This document shows positions 39,795-52,084 of a stretch of 64,000 nt of DNA, in pieces. Numbering within the stretch: the first letter of the stretch is position 1; each line of letters starts with the position of its first letter. The translations under genes and the position numbers were made by a program. The notes below the pieces were generated by a model that made no database searches, was not told where the DNA came from, and saw nothing but the letters and a program-made list of their open reading frames with translations. This stretch comes from Macrostomum lignano (lineage: Eukaryota), in contig NIVC01001703.1 of the NCBI GenBank assembly GCA_002269645.1, forward strand, positions 55,613 to 119,612, in the 5' to 3' direction.

Positions 39795-40870
39795 ATCTAC
39801 GCCCCCCGTTGGGGAGCCAAAGAAATGCAATACACGTTTTTTTAATAAGCTACATGTATCCTTGAAATCTTAAAAAATCTCCTGTCAAACCTTGTAAGCC
39901 TTGACATGTCAGTTATCCCCCCACAAGCTTTAACATATCAACTTCCCCCCTTGACATCTCAGCAATGCCCCCAATAAGCCTTGGAAATCTAAAAATATCT
40001 GTCAACCTTCTAACCCTAACCCTAGCCTAACCCTAACCCTAACCCTAACCCTAACCCTAACCCTAACCTAACCCTAAAGCATTGAAATTTCAGTAATTCT
40101 CTCTAAGAGTCATTATAGCACTACTACAGCATTATAGCGATTCCTTGCAAGCCTCAACATCGTAGGGATTCCCAAATGAATCTCTTAACTTCGACATGAA
40201 GCTTCTTTTATTTTTTACATTACGTTTTTTTATCAGCGATCCCTCCCCTGAGGAGGCATCAAATAATGTAATAAAAAGTTTTCAATAAACTACATGTAGC
40301 TTCTGACTTTAGCTTTGAAATCTCATTTATACCCCCGTGAGCCTTGACATCTCAGCTATTCCCCCCGTAAGCCTTGACATGTCAGCAATGGCCCCCATAA
40401 ACCTTGAAATCTAAAAAATCCCCTGTTAACCTTGAAACCCGATAAAATATAACCCTCAACCCACACCTGACCTAAACCTTACTTTAACCCAACCTAAAGC
40501 CTTGAAATCTCAGCAATTCTTCTCCCCTAAGCCTTGACATTTTAGTGATTCTTTCTTTAAGAATCACAGCACTATAACGATTTCCACCAAGCTTTGACAT
40601 CGTAGCAATTCCCAAATGAATCTTTTAACTTCGACATGACTTTTCTTTTATGTATACATAGTGCTACTTTTATTTTTTACATGACTTTTCTTCTATCAGC
40701 GCCCCCCCCGTGACGAGCCAACAAAGAATGCAATAAAAAATGGAGTAAAGTACATGAACTTTGAAGTAGCTTCTGACTTTTGCTTTGACATCTCAGAAAC
40801 CCCCCCCCCGTAATCTCAGTTATTCTCTGAGAGCCTTTACGTCTCAGTTTTTCTCCCCAGCACAGCACTA
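39795..40870. repeat. Diverged tandem ~450-bp units (starts ~39795, ~40240, ~40698; the third is partial), rich in CCTTGACAT/CCTTGAAAT motifs
   Basis: Shared blocks such as TTCCCAAATGAATCT.TTAACTTCGACATGA and TAGCTTCTGACTTT recur at ~440-460-bp spacing. Confidence 0.7.
40011..40077. repeat. Interstitial telomeric-type repeat (TAACCC)n, ~11 units
   Basis: Complement of the canonical metazoan TTAGGG repeat, with two imperfect units. Confidence 0.9.
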
Positions 40871-40899
40871 TAATTGCATTTAATTTTTACATGACACCT

Positions 40900-41240
40900 T
40901 CATGTCTGACATGACGTTTCTTTTATTCTACCGTGACGCTTCTTAATTTTTTAAATGACACTTTCATTAGTTTTAAATGAGGCTTCTATGATTTTTTCTT
41001 GACGCTTCTATGATTTTTACATGACGCTTCTATGATTTTTATATGACGCTTCTACGATTTTTTACATGACGCTTCTATGATTGTTTACATGACGCTTCTA
41101 TGATTGTTTACATGACGCTTCTATGATTTTTTAAATGATGCTTCTATGATTTTGTAAATGACGCTTCTATGATTTTTTAAATGATGCTTCTATGATTTTG
41201 TAAATGACGCTTCTATGATTTTTACATGACGCTTCTTTTT
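40900..41240. repeat. 22-23-bp minisatellite (ACATGACGCTTCTATGATTTTTT)n
   Basis: ATGACGCTTCTATGA recurs in tandem. Confidence 0.9.
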
Positions 41241-42344
41241 AAAAAGTCTTTTAGTTTTCCTGACGTTGAAAAGCTTTAATTAAAAAAATTATACTTTATG
41301 AAAATTCAAACCATCGTCACTGCATTTAGCAGTTCAGGTTGTTCACCTTTAGGCTAGCTCTCATCGTTTTGATAACATCAACTTTTGCACTTATATAACT
41401 CAACACTTTTAAATCCAAGCATAGAGTAAATCACACGAAGCAGTTATGACATAATCAGTTTCTCAGTCAGTCAGTATCAGTTAACAATATGGTTACGCAA
41501 TTTAAATCAAGTCTGGTGCTACGCTTCCACACTGCATTTTCAATTCAAGTCGGAGTTACAATTCAGTTATGATGCAATATATTTCAGAGTCAGAATTCAA
41601 CCAGTCAGTTTTTTCTCTAGCATTCTTACAATGCATTTCAAGTCAAAAAGTTTGCTTGACCTTTGCAAAAAAGCATGTTTTTCGAATATTTAATGCCTTT
41701 AGCATCGAGCAATTTCTTAGCCACGATGCATGTACCGTCACGGGAAAATTTCTGATCGAACAGTGCAAGTTCGAACAAAATCGGTCCAGCCATTTTTTCT
41801 CTAATCTATCACATATATATAGACATCACATTTTTAGTATATAGGAAGGATAGGTAATGTTTTCTTCTCTCAAATACCCGTAGTATTAAGCAATCCCTTG
41901 CTAAAATGAACTTCGATCTGCCCAGATTTGGCTATTGCCAACTTCATTTTAATCTAATTTAGATTTTCCTTTCGTCAATTCGTCTTTTTCTCAATGAATC
42001 TCCTTCAGCTAAAGGCTCGCAGCTTTCGGGCCCGAATGAGGATGCCTGAACCCTTCGCTTAGCAACTAAGGCTGGGCTAAGCGCCAAATTTAGAAATTAA
42101 AATTCTGTGTTTCAATTTATCGAATTGATTAAAACAGACGCTCGCCACAGATGGGGCTCGCTTTGAATTATCTGCTTTTTAGGCCTTTTTGTGAGATTGA
42201 GGAATGAAATTCCCAATTTTTGTTAAATAAGCCTTCGGTTTTCAAGTCAGCCTCTTTATTGCTAAACTGCACCAAAATTTTAACAACGTTCGCGAAAATT
42301 GAAGTTTAGCACAATTCACAATAAATTTAGTTCACATGCACTAC

Positions 42345-42600
42345 CCCTCCTTCACGTCTCTCCACTCCACCTCATCTGCACTTCAGTCTCTCTCCATCCC
42401 ATCTCTCCCCTCCTCCACTCCATTTCTCCCTCCACTCCATCTCTCCACTCCTCCACTCCATCTCTCCCCTCCTCTACTCCATCTCTCACCTCCTCCACTC
42501 CATCTCTCCCCTCCTCTACTCCATCTCTCCCCTCCTCCACTCTATGTCTCACCTCCTCCACACTATGTCTCACCTCCTCCACTCGATCTCTTCCTCACTC
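42345..42600. repeat. ~21-bp pyrimidine-rich minisatellite (CTCCACTCCATCTCTCCCCTC)n
   Basis: Direct reading. Confidence 0.85.
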
Positions 42601-43284
42601 CCCCTCATCAACGAGTACCTTCATCTTTCCGCTCAAACGCAGTTCTGAAATCGAAGTTTGAACTAATCTGGATGCATAAAATATAACAATATTTTATTGT
42701 TCCCTTACAGCCTACTCTAAGTAGCAAAACAGACATAATAGTAGTAAGACTGCAGCTAATGTTGACTAATCTATACTTCTTCCCTACAACTCCTGTACCT
42801 TCAGCGTGGCAGCTCAATGTTTTTTGCCTGACATCTGGAGTCTCGCAGCTGCTCAGCTATCCTTCCAGGATGCCAGGAAATCGGCCAAGAAAACGTGACG
42901 TCTTTCCCCACCCCAAACTCGAAACAGAGATGGATGGCCGTGGCCACGAGAGCAGCTGAGCACAAATCGGTATTAAGGCAGCGATAAGTATGTGTGCATT
43001 TGCGCGAGCCACGGCTGCAGCATGAGCTCACGAATGGCCAACAGGATTCGAGTTCTCCTGAGCTCTGTTAAGCTTGAGTTTGCTCTCATGTGTATACGAG
43101 GCTGCTTTTTAGGAGAGGAAGGGGAGAACGAACTGGGGACGCGGGTATTTGGGGAATAAAGATGCAGCACCTGGACATGGGGACTAAATGCATTCTACAC
43201 CCCCAGTCCGAGTCTAGATAAACCCAGCCATAATTAATCGATTCCCAAGGTTAATCGGAGATTAACGAACGTAGGGAACACCTG

Positions 43285-43542
43285 ATGGACTGGCTTCGGA
43301 GACTCCGGAATCGACTGGGCTCCGCTGGCAGGTCAGTAATTCAGCGAATCTTTGATACTGCTAGCATGGGGAGTCAGCAGCAACATGCTCAAAGTAATGA
43401 TGAAGGAATAGAAGATTGCGAGAGCTCAGCAGAGACGGCCGATCTGAGGCCTACGGAGGCGATGAGGCGCAGGTTGATGCTGAGAAGGCAAAGCGTCAGC
43501 GCGGAGAAGCCGGAGCCTGAGGACGGGCGAGAATGGCACGCG
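43285..43542 (+). CDS. PRKAR2: PKA regulatory subunit type II-like, exon 1 (N-terminus and linker with inhibitor site RRQSVSAE)
   Basis: RRxS-V-x-AE matches the RII substrate-type inhibitory site. GCG|GTGAGA donor at 43543 (phase 0); in-frame TAA upstream of the ATG. Confidence 0.75.
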
Positions 43543-44105
43543 GTGAGATCAGATCGAGTTGTTTTCGAATAGCTCCGATTTTTAGCGGGTGAATCGTGTG
43601 CAGTCAAATTTCAGCGCAAACACAAGGTTTTTTTAAAACTGAGGATTTACTGTGGGAAAAACATGCTAAACTTGAATGACATTGTTGACTTACCAAGTTG
43701 GCAAATATCATTGTCATGAGCTTAGAAAGTATACAATGTTGTTGCCCAACTTCAATCGACTTGAAAAGTTTACAAAGTACATGCTCTGTCTCTACATCCA
43801 AGTACTTGGAAAGTGACTCGAGAGAACATTGCATACTAGCTTGAAAGTGCTTATCGAATGAACTTGAGAAACTCGGAAACTTCATAGGCTTGGCAAGTTT
43901 GGGTTGTTGTTTTTTTCTCAGGCAACTTCTCATCATTGAAGACTGAATAGAAAAAATCCATGTGTGCCAATTTCGTCAGCGTTACTGTTTTTTGAACTGG
44001 GTTTAAGCGCTTTTGCACAGCTGCGGTGTGATAGGATAGTCATTTAGATGGAGGGAGAATGAGCAAGAACTAAGACTGCAGAAATAATCCCCCCCCTCCA
44101 AACAG

Positions 44106-44241
44106 CCTTTCTTTGCCAAATCAGCTGACGAACTGCGCCAACTGACGGAATCGCTGCGCAACATCATATTCCTACGGGAGCTGGAGCCGTCCGATCTGCG
44201 TCGCATTGCAACAGCGATGCGCGAGCGAACTGTCCAACCCG
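44106..44241 (+). CDS. PRKAR2: PKA regulatory subunit, exon 2 (PFFAKSADELRQLTESLRNIIFLRELEPSDLRRIATAMRERTVQP)
   Basis: AAACAG| acceptor, CCCG|GTGAGT donor (phase 1). Aligns by eye with RII PKT.EQ..RL...K.ILLF..LD..QL..V.DAMFER.V. Confidence 0.85.
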
Positions 44242-45001
44242 GTGAGTCTTTGTTGGGACACGAAAGTCGGACTTTGCTTTTCCTATAAAACTTGAAAAAG
44301 TAAGCAGGTACAACAGTAAGCAGGTGCAAGCAGTGAACAACAAGTCAACAACAGCAATAAAAAGTGTGCTGCTACGCTCGTAAGAGTAGAAAAACTTTGG
44401 AGAAATTTTAGGCCACGCCACCGGCAGAATCGCTGCCGGTCCTCGCCGGTAAGTTGGTTGGCCGCAGTGTCAGAAGCAGCTGCTACCGCACACTGGTTGT
44501 GGGCAGCAAGACACTTAGATGACAACAGCTCTGTGAAATTTTTATGTTAAACTTATAGCTTGGCCCTCAGAATGGCTAGCTGTGAAAGAAAGCGTCAATC
44601 TAAGACTCTATAAGCGTCATATCGATGTACTCGTTAAGTAGAATACAGTGTACTGATTCCAAGGAAGATTCCCAAACTTGAGCAATCATGCTTTTCAAAG
44701 TTGCAACAAAGAAACTTCATCCGTATCTTAACTTCTGTTCAACATTACATGAACACAAACAGGTCTTCTTTCGAAATAGGCCTTTGAAACCTCTAATTTT
44801 TATTGGAAACATATTATTAAAGTATGAATTATTTCATTTATTGCAATCATTACAAAATATTTATTGGAATTATCATTCATCGTTACGAGTTTCGTACGCA
44901 CTTTGAAACTCTGCTTTTTGAATTGTACGAGCTGCAAGTTAAATCTAAAGACACCTTACAATTACCCATTGAATAATTAAAATGCTTCCTTCCAAACTAA
45001 G

Positions 45002-45732
45002 CGGAAACGGTCATACGCGAAGGTGACAACGGCGACAATTTCTATGTGATCCGGCGTGGTCACTTCGTTGTGACGGCAAAACAAGCCGATGGCACCGCAG
45101 AGGTGATCCGCCAGTTGACCGATCGAACGCAGCATGTTGGAGAAGCCGCTCATGCTCGCAACTACTTCGGCGAGCTCGCGTTGCTCTACAATCGGCCGAG
45201 ATCGGCCAGCGTGCTCGAAGCAGGCGGCGACGGGCAGGGCGGCAGCCTGTGGGTGCTGGACGGCTCCGCGTTCCGTCGGCTGGTGATTCGGGCCGGGCGT
45301 CAGCGCCGACTCGAGCGTCTCCGGATGCTTCGTCGGGTCCCCGCTCTGCGGGATGGATTGTCGACCGACGAGTTGGAGCGACTGGCTGACGCGCTGACCT
45401 TGCGAGAGTTCTCCCTCGGAGAGGTGGTCTGTTCTAGAGGCGACGAAGCCGATGGAATGTACTTTGTGCTTAGTGGAGGTGCCAGGGTAGTTGGCGATGG
45501 CGAAGTGAATTTAAGAACGCTCGGGCCTGGAGATTACTTCGGAGAGGCAGCATTGATTGACAAAAAGCCTCGCTCTGCCACGGTTGTTGCTGTGACCAGC
45601 AGCGATGGCGAAAGAAATGGCGAAGCCGAGGCTATGGCTACGATGGCTTTCCTAGATCGGTCAGCTTTTGAACGGCTGCTGGGTCCCTGTGTGGAGCTCA
45701 TGCGCCGGGGAATGGAGAAGTACACAGACTGA
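45002..45732 (+). CDS. PRKAR2: PKA regulatory subunit, exon 3: two cyclic-nucleotide-binding domains
   Basis: CTAAG| acceptor (phase 1). Motifs ETVIREGDNGDNFYVI, FGELALLYNRPRSAS, FGEAALIDKKPRSAT and FERLLGPC...KY*. Full protein ~374 aa. Confidence 0.9.
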
Positions 45733-46519
45733 TGAGCAACTGTTAGAAATCACAAGTTTAAGTTTGATGAACGCATAGAATAACGGGTTTTCCAGTAAAG
45801 CGGGCGGACAGACTTTACAGAGCTACTGATTCCACGTAGTTAGATAAAAGCCCCATCTACACTCAACTGTGTAAAAGACTACCAAGTAGATTTTAATGAA
45901 CTTTGGGATGGATAGTTCTGTCCGATTTGGTATAGTACGGGCTGAGGGCGTTTTATTGAGTTTGAATTGTCTCAGAGCAGCCCCTTTGGCCCTTTTTTGA
46001 ATTAACTGTTGAGTTCTGTAGCTGTTCTCCTTCGTGCATCTTATAATTTTGCGTCATACAAACTGTGCAGTTCGAAATATAAGCATTAAATTCGAAAAAA
46101 ACTACGCTCGTACGAGCGTACTTCAATCCTGTTGCGTGCTGCTAACAACATTTTTCGATAGCAGCCTTTTTTCAAACCAACTAGACGAGTTAAATATTTG
46201 AAGCAGTAAAAGTTTTTAGTGTCGTTCTATCTGAATGAAGTTTGCTAGTTTGAGTTATGCACTCGGAGAGATAAGCAGCGATATTCTCAATCGCCACTTT
46301 CGCTCTGTACTCATCAGCTTGTCACGAAAAGCGCATTAGATCTTGTTACAGCTACAGCTATTAAACTTAATGATGTATTTCCGGTTGCAAGTCGATGAGC
46401 GTGTATTAAAAACAAGCATTGAAACCCTGTGCAATGGCCAGATAAAAGTTTCCAGTGCAATTCCTATTATTTAAACACTCATAGGAACTATAGCTTTGCA
46501 AAGTGAAAGACTTACAGCC

Positions 46520-46628
46520 ATGCAGCGTATTAGCTTTTCATTCGCTATGGCAACCGTAATCCTGCTAATGGCCTGTTGCTATGGCATCGCCATGGCGGCT
46601 AGAAACAATCGGAATTGCGACAACATTA
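46520..46628 (+). CDS. Signal-peptide exon of a secreted thermonuclease (MQRISFSFAMATVILLMACCYGIAMA-ARNNRNCDNI)
   Basis: GCC-ATG context; basic n-region, hydrophobic h-region and A-x-A cleavage motif. The A|GTGAGT donor at 46629 is phase 1, matching the acceptor at 50160. Confidence 0.72.
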
Positions 46629-48914
46629 GTGAGTATAGTGCTTCGATGTATTTTCTCATTGAAACTTCACAATATAGAACTGTGGATAGATGTTCACTAT
46701 GGCTTTTAAGACCCGAAAAATAACTGGGACTAAACTAGATCCAAGGAAGATACCGCGTTGGTATCAGGACGTAGCATTTTTAAAAATGCTACAAAACTAT
46801 TAGAAGGCCCGCTAGTTGGCATTGCAGCTAAACTTTAAATGATCTTAACTCTGGATCTGTTGCACTTAAAATGAGTTTTTCGCCAGGTTTTTTTAACTAT
46901 TGTAGATATAGGGCAATATTAAATGTAATGTGACGAAGTTAGATCGATTGTGAACGATGTCGATGCAGCGTGACGCGCTGAGCGCTGAATCTATTCTTAA
47001 CATTAAAGATAGCAACGAGCGAAGCGTATTAATTGCTAGCGTATAGCGTAGCAATGAGACGGTGTGAAGGAAGGAGATCGAGAGGGAGCAAGCGCGCGTA
47101 AAATAGATTCGAATACATTTTATATACTGCTAGGTATTTCTATGAATTATACGGTATAACAAAAAATGCGTTAACGCTAAATAAGAAAGTAAAATTTAAG
47201 TATAATGTAGAAATAATGTAGATTATGAATATTATGCTGTATGATACAAAATAAGAAACAAAGGTGAAATAAAGAAAGTGACAGCGTCACACTTGCATTA
47301 CTCTATGAAATAATTTTTTGTCACATTGTATTTGTTTTCATGCGCCGGTCAAAGTTAATAAATACCGTGCACCCGTATTCAAAATATTTCGCTTTTTGCC
47401 CGGCCTGTTAGGCTTTCTGTTCTCCGGGGTCTTAATATATCCGGGGGACACCGCAAAGCAAAATTATTGTCGCTTTGCGATAACCTACCCTGGATAATCC
47501 AAGGCGCAACAAAACCGGGCTTTGAAATATCCTGGGTTTTAAATTGTCCGGGGTGAATAAAGATTGGTGGTCAAGTTATTTACCTGATAAAGCGCATGTG
47601 AATGGGGCAGGACATCATTTCGAGAGAATGGGGCTGACTCAGAGGCCAGGGAAGGGCCCTGACTGCACCTTAGAGAGAGGAGGGGCAGATGAGGTGCAGT
47701 CTAAGAATAAATCGATAATGGACTGGCGTCACATTGCTAGCACTACAAGCGCACGTGCGATGAAGATCAGTGTACGAGCTAATAGCCCACAAAGGAAAGT
47801 GTTGTGCAAATTACGAGTATATTACACGTAACTTTTTATTTCTTGTCGAAGTTCTACGTTTAGGAAAATTTATCTCTCGATGGCTAAAGTATCGCTGAAC
47901 CAAGTGTTTTTTGTGTTTTTAACGAGTATGTTGAGCTGCCGGAAAATTCCAGTACGAAAGAGAGAGATAATCTGAAACGAAAAATCAGAGAAAAGAGCAA
48001 AAACTTCACGCTTCATTCAGCGGATGGCCTGTTTTTGATTGAACGAATTACATGTAGATTGGTGAATCAAGTAACAGTTTTTTGGCTGACAATGTATAGT
48101 ATCAATACCTTTAATTTTGCTTCTGTTTGGAGTGTGTGAAATGCAAAATAGTGATTGAAAATACACTCGGTTAAATAAGCATGACGCAGATGTTTGCCAA
48201 TTGAAAAAGTAGCAGAAAGTTTTTTCTTACTTTGCTATTCCTAACCCCGGATATCAGTAGCCGGATGTCCTAAAGCAAACCTCGTCTCCGCAGACTGACC
48301 CCTCTCTTTCAATCTACAGTCGGATGTCCGAAGACAACTTCCCCTTCTTGTGATCTCCGGGCCGGATAGCAGAGTCAGTGCCGTAGGATGTCCGGGAGAG
48401 ACATCTCAAAGTGCCCAGACAATGCAAAGCAATTCAAGATATCCGGGTAGGAGAAAACAAAGCAGGCTTTTTGCTTGGCAGTATCCGGGCGGATATCGTA
48501 AGTGCGTTCGGATATCCGGGCCAGACAAAAAACCCCGGAAAGTCTAAAGTGTAACACCGGCCCCCGCTCGTGCTCGCTCGGCGGATCGATCGGCCCATTA
48601 CAAGTAGCATTCAGAATACTGAGCCGATTGAACCTTAGTGGGGTGTTCGTATATTGAATTGTAAGATTGAGTTGAAGTGTGAACCGATATGTCCGTTGAT
48701 AGGGCGCAGGAGGCCCGCGACTATTCTGTAATTTCATGGCTAACTTTGGAAGGAATAATTAAGACTAGCTCTGTAACTTTTGTGCACTTAAGTATTAATA
48801 TTTTAATTGCACCGATCTAAATCTGTAATTCCATATAATAATAAGCAATTTTTTAGTAGATAAATGTGATAGTTAACTTTTCCAACCTTCAATTCATATA
48901 TACTTGATTAAGTG

Positions 48915-49540
48915 CCCTTCTCAGTCAATTTATTTAAAGCTTTGATTGTTGCCAGCGAAACTATATATGTACCTTTCCGACAATTTTATATGGGAGACAA
49001 GTATTGGGGAGGAATCGCAATTTAAGATATCAAAGAGTACACATTTTGGCATCTATTCAAACCATCTCAGGGTACGTCCAATCGACTGGTGGAAACAGTA
49101 GTAGCCTTGGGCCATTATGTTGTATCGCTAACACAGGGATAAGTTAATTGGGATAATTGTCACCGTCAGGGTTGTCTATAAGGGTTGTCTAAAATTCAGA
49201 AATTTTAAGAGGTCTGAGACGTTTAGCCGATATAATAGTAATTTGTATCAAAACCTTAGTCATCGCTAGCTAAGAGTTCGGATACTCGTAGCCCTTTGTG
49301 AGGTAACAGACAGTGAGTCATCGTGAACCATGGCAGGACATTTTGCCGCATTAGTTAGAGTTCGAGTGAAAACAAATTGCCTTTTTATTATCGGGGTTTG
49401 TTTGAATGATAAGTGAATTGTGGGACCGAATTAATTTGAATTCATTTCTTAGAAACTCTGGAGTTAGTGCAGGGATCGTTATACTCACTGCAGTAGGAAT
49501 AGACGCCTTTTACATTTGGTAACAATGGTGGGATTTGAAA
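48915..49540 (+). mobile_element. LTR-like remnant ending TTACA followed by a PBS-like TGGT...GGTGGGATTTGAA, inside the nuclease intron
   Basis: 48915-49150 is similar to 52285-52500 (TCTCAGTCAATTTA, ACCATCTCAGGGTAC, AGTA..AGCCTT.GG.C.ATTAT). The CA-TT-TGGT junction is at 49513-49520. Confidence 0.5.
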
Positions 49541-50160
49541 TTCCTATTCTCCTACCGAGTTAAAAACAATTGTACAATTGTTCTCTTTTGGATGACGTAA
49601 TTAGCTAGTTCAGTCTTATATCTACATGTAGGAATGACAGGGGATGTACAGTAAGTAACTGCTATACGCAATATTTCTGGCAGTCGAAAAGAAATAAATA
49701 AGCTGCGATGAATTTCGACTATGGTTTCCGTTGAACTAGCTACCGTTTTCTTGACAAAGTAGCAAACCAGAAAAGCATACAGTTTGGAAGCTTTAAAAAT
49801 TGTAATCTGTTCAGTGCTGAATAGGCTGCAAAAAGCTATATAGTCTGCACAAAATCAGCGGGGCAATATTTCCGAAATCTTGGCACACCGGTGCAACACA
49901 TGGACTCCCAATATTTAAAGTATTTATTTTGCTGTTCAAACGAACAGTAGAAGTCAAATAAAAACTTTGTACGAGCTACAATATCATTGCTTTATATTTT
50001 GTATTTAAACTCGCCTTTAGAACCTCTATAATATCATAAAAAAACTTGTGAAATAGGAAAAGTTTGCCCAATACAACGGTGAATTCGTTTAGTGAACCTT
50101 GACTAGATCATAGCTAACTTGCCTTGTTTTAACTTGTTTTTTTTACTAATTTATTGGCAG

Positions 50161-50603
50161 GAGCTGATGATGAAAATGGAGAGAGCGTCATCTGCGGCAG
50201 GGTGACATTCGTGAACGATGGTGACACGCTGCGCCTCTCTCCGGACGGCCGCAGAAATTCGGCGTCTCTGCGCATCCGCCTGCTAGAGATTGACGCGCCG
50301 GAACTGAACCAACGGCACGGCGCTGAGGCGCGCGACGCCCTGCGATACATGGCGCCAACCGGCTCGCGCGTCTGCATCTTAATAGACAACGAGGACATCT
50401 ACGGCAGACTGCTGGGCCGAGTTTGCCGCGGCGGCGCCGACTTGAATCTGCGCCTGTTGGAGGATGGGCACGTCTGGTGCTATCGGGGCCGCTGTCGCTC
50501 GGCCTACAGGACGGCAGAATTGCAGGCGCGTTCTAGTAGGCACGGACTTTGGTCGGATCCGACAGCGCAGGCACCCTGGCTGTTCAGAAAGCAGAAAGGA
50601 TAG
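50161..50603 (+). CDS. Staphylococcal-nuclease (SNase/thermonuclease) domain, single-domain bacterial/LCL3 type, terminal exon
   Basis: Catalytic and Ca-binding motifs NDGDT, IRLLEIDAPE and DIYGR, plus LN..L...G..W.Y and C-terminal AR....GLW......PW.FR. Strong acceptor: poly-T tract, ACTAAT branch point, GGCAG at 50160. Confidence 0.92.
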
Positions 50604-51349
50604 GCTGGCAAGCATGACGCTGGTGTGGTCAAACTAATACGATGTACTATTAAGAGTAAGATAGTCAAAGAAGAACAATGAGAACGGACTGACTGCAAAG
50701 CTGCCGGAATTAAAAGCTTCTTTATATTGCAAACTAATTAAAAGCACTGAATTAATACATCGTTATGAAAGATAACACCGGATCTATAAAGTTTGCTGGC
50801 GCAATTATACTATTAAAAATTATCCACCTCTTCACATTACCTAAAAAATGCACAAAGAATTTAATGATATACGATTAGACTAGATGCTACTATTAGAATA
50901 CCCATACGAAATAACACCAGTTTTTTGTTCCTGCAAGCTTAATACGAGCTAAAGTAAGGAGTCCTCAGGCCACCATGCCCAGTTCTGAGCTAACCGTCCC
51001 GCGTCCGAGTAAGAAGATAACAGAGTCAGGCAGGACATCGCGCACCTGTTAATATAAAGTTTAGAAAGTTTTCCAACGACCGGCTGGGACTTTTTGCCCA
51101 ACTGGGCATCAATTTAATTATATTTACTAATTCACTATGTGTAAGGTGGTGTGATCGATACGTAGGGGCACGAAACAAGCGTAGCACAAAAAAACAAAAA
51201 GCGTTCAAAATCGGAAATCAAATTCAAACACGATTAGATTGAAAATAATACCATGCAAAAAGAGTGTAAAATTGTTAATTCCCTAGAAATACATTTTACG
51301 AGTACAAAGGGGCGCTTTCGCATGATAGCATCCTCCTACGTGCTATCAA

Positions 51350-52070
51350 CGAGCGGTGTTGCAAAGGTTTCCGGACTGTGTTCACGAGCAGTGCTACTCG
51401 CAAACAGAGAGGGAGTCGCTGGCCATCAAATTCGGTTGCCTCAAATTCCACCACTACCTTAGCCGCTGCCCAAAATTCAAGGTTATACCACCGGATTATA
51501 CCACAAGCCGCTGGTCAGCATGCACAGCCCCACCGCGGATCGAGCGCCTGGCACTTGGCTGCAGTACAAGCCAGGGGCAGACAACTCAGCAGATTTCTGG
51601 GACCGATCGAAGGTCATATGCTGCTAGTGTGCACAAACTACTTTTTACGCTTTTCACTGGTAGATAATTTCGGGGCGAAAGCAGCAGCCCAGGTCATCCG
51701 AAGCCTCCGAAAGTTGTTCAGGACGCCAGTCAGTTAAGATCACCAACGACAACGGCCCGCTGTTCTTGTCCGCAGAGTTCAACGCCTACTTGCGCAGTTA
51801 GGGCATCCAACATCATCAGAATGCACCGCTGCATCCCCAACCCAATGGACTCACTCGTGCAGCGATGCATCCGAGGCCTCACTAAGACACTCAAAGGGCA
51901 GCGACTGGCGGGCGGCACTGGACAACTAACTGGCGAAAACCGCGCCCAACAAAGGACATGGCCCAAGAGGCCTCCAACCACCAGATCACCGAAGGAAACC
52001 TCGTCCTCCGCCAGCTCACTAACCGCAGCAAGACCCAACCCCTTTTTCGAGGCCTCGCCTAAACATTATT
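51350..52070 (+). mobile_element. Degenerate Ty3/Gypsy pol remnant (RNase H and integrase fragments) with stops and frameshifts
   Basis: YSQTERESLAIKFGCLKFHHYL and PPRIER (RNase H region); GHMLLVCTNYFLRF, VIRSLRKLF..P and NDNGPLFLSAEF....GIQH...P.HPQPNG (integrase core). Confidence 0.85.
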
Positions 52071-52084
52071 AGCTCTAACAGACT

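Noticed and set aside
41740-41850. CAAGTT...CAAAATCGGTCCAGCCAT...TATATATAGA segment reminiscent of non-autonomous Helitron-like element ends
   Set aside because: The resemblance is from memory only; I identified no other terminus, hairpin or second copy.
47340-48560. Clusters of CCGGAT/ATCCGG motifs suggesting subterminal repeats of a DNA transposon in the nuclease intron
   Set aside because: I could not define terminal inverted repeats or a target-site duplication.
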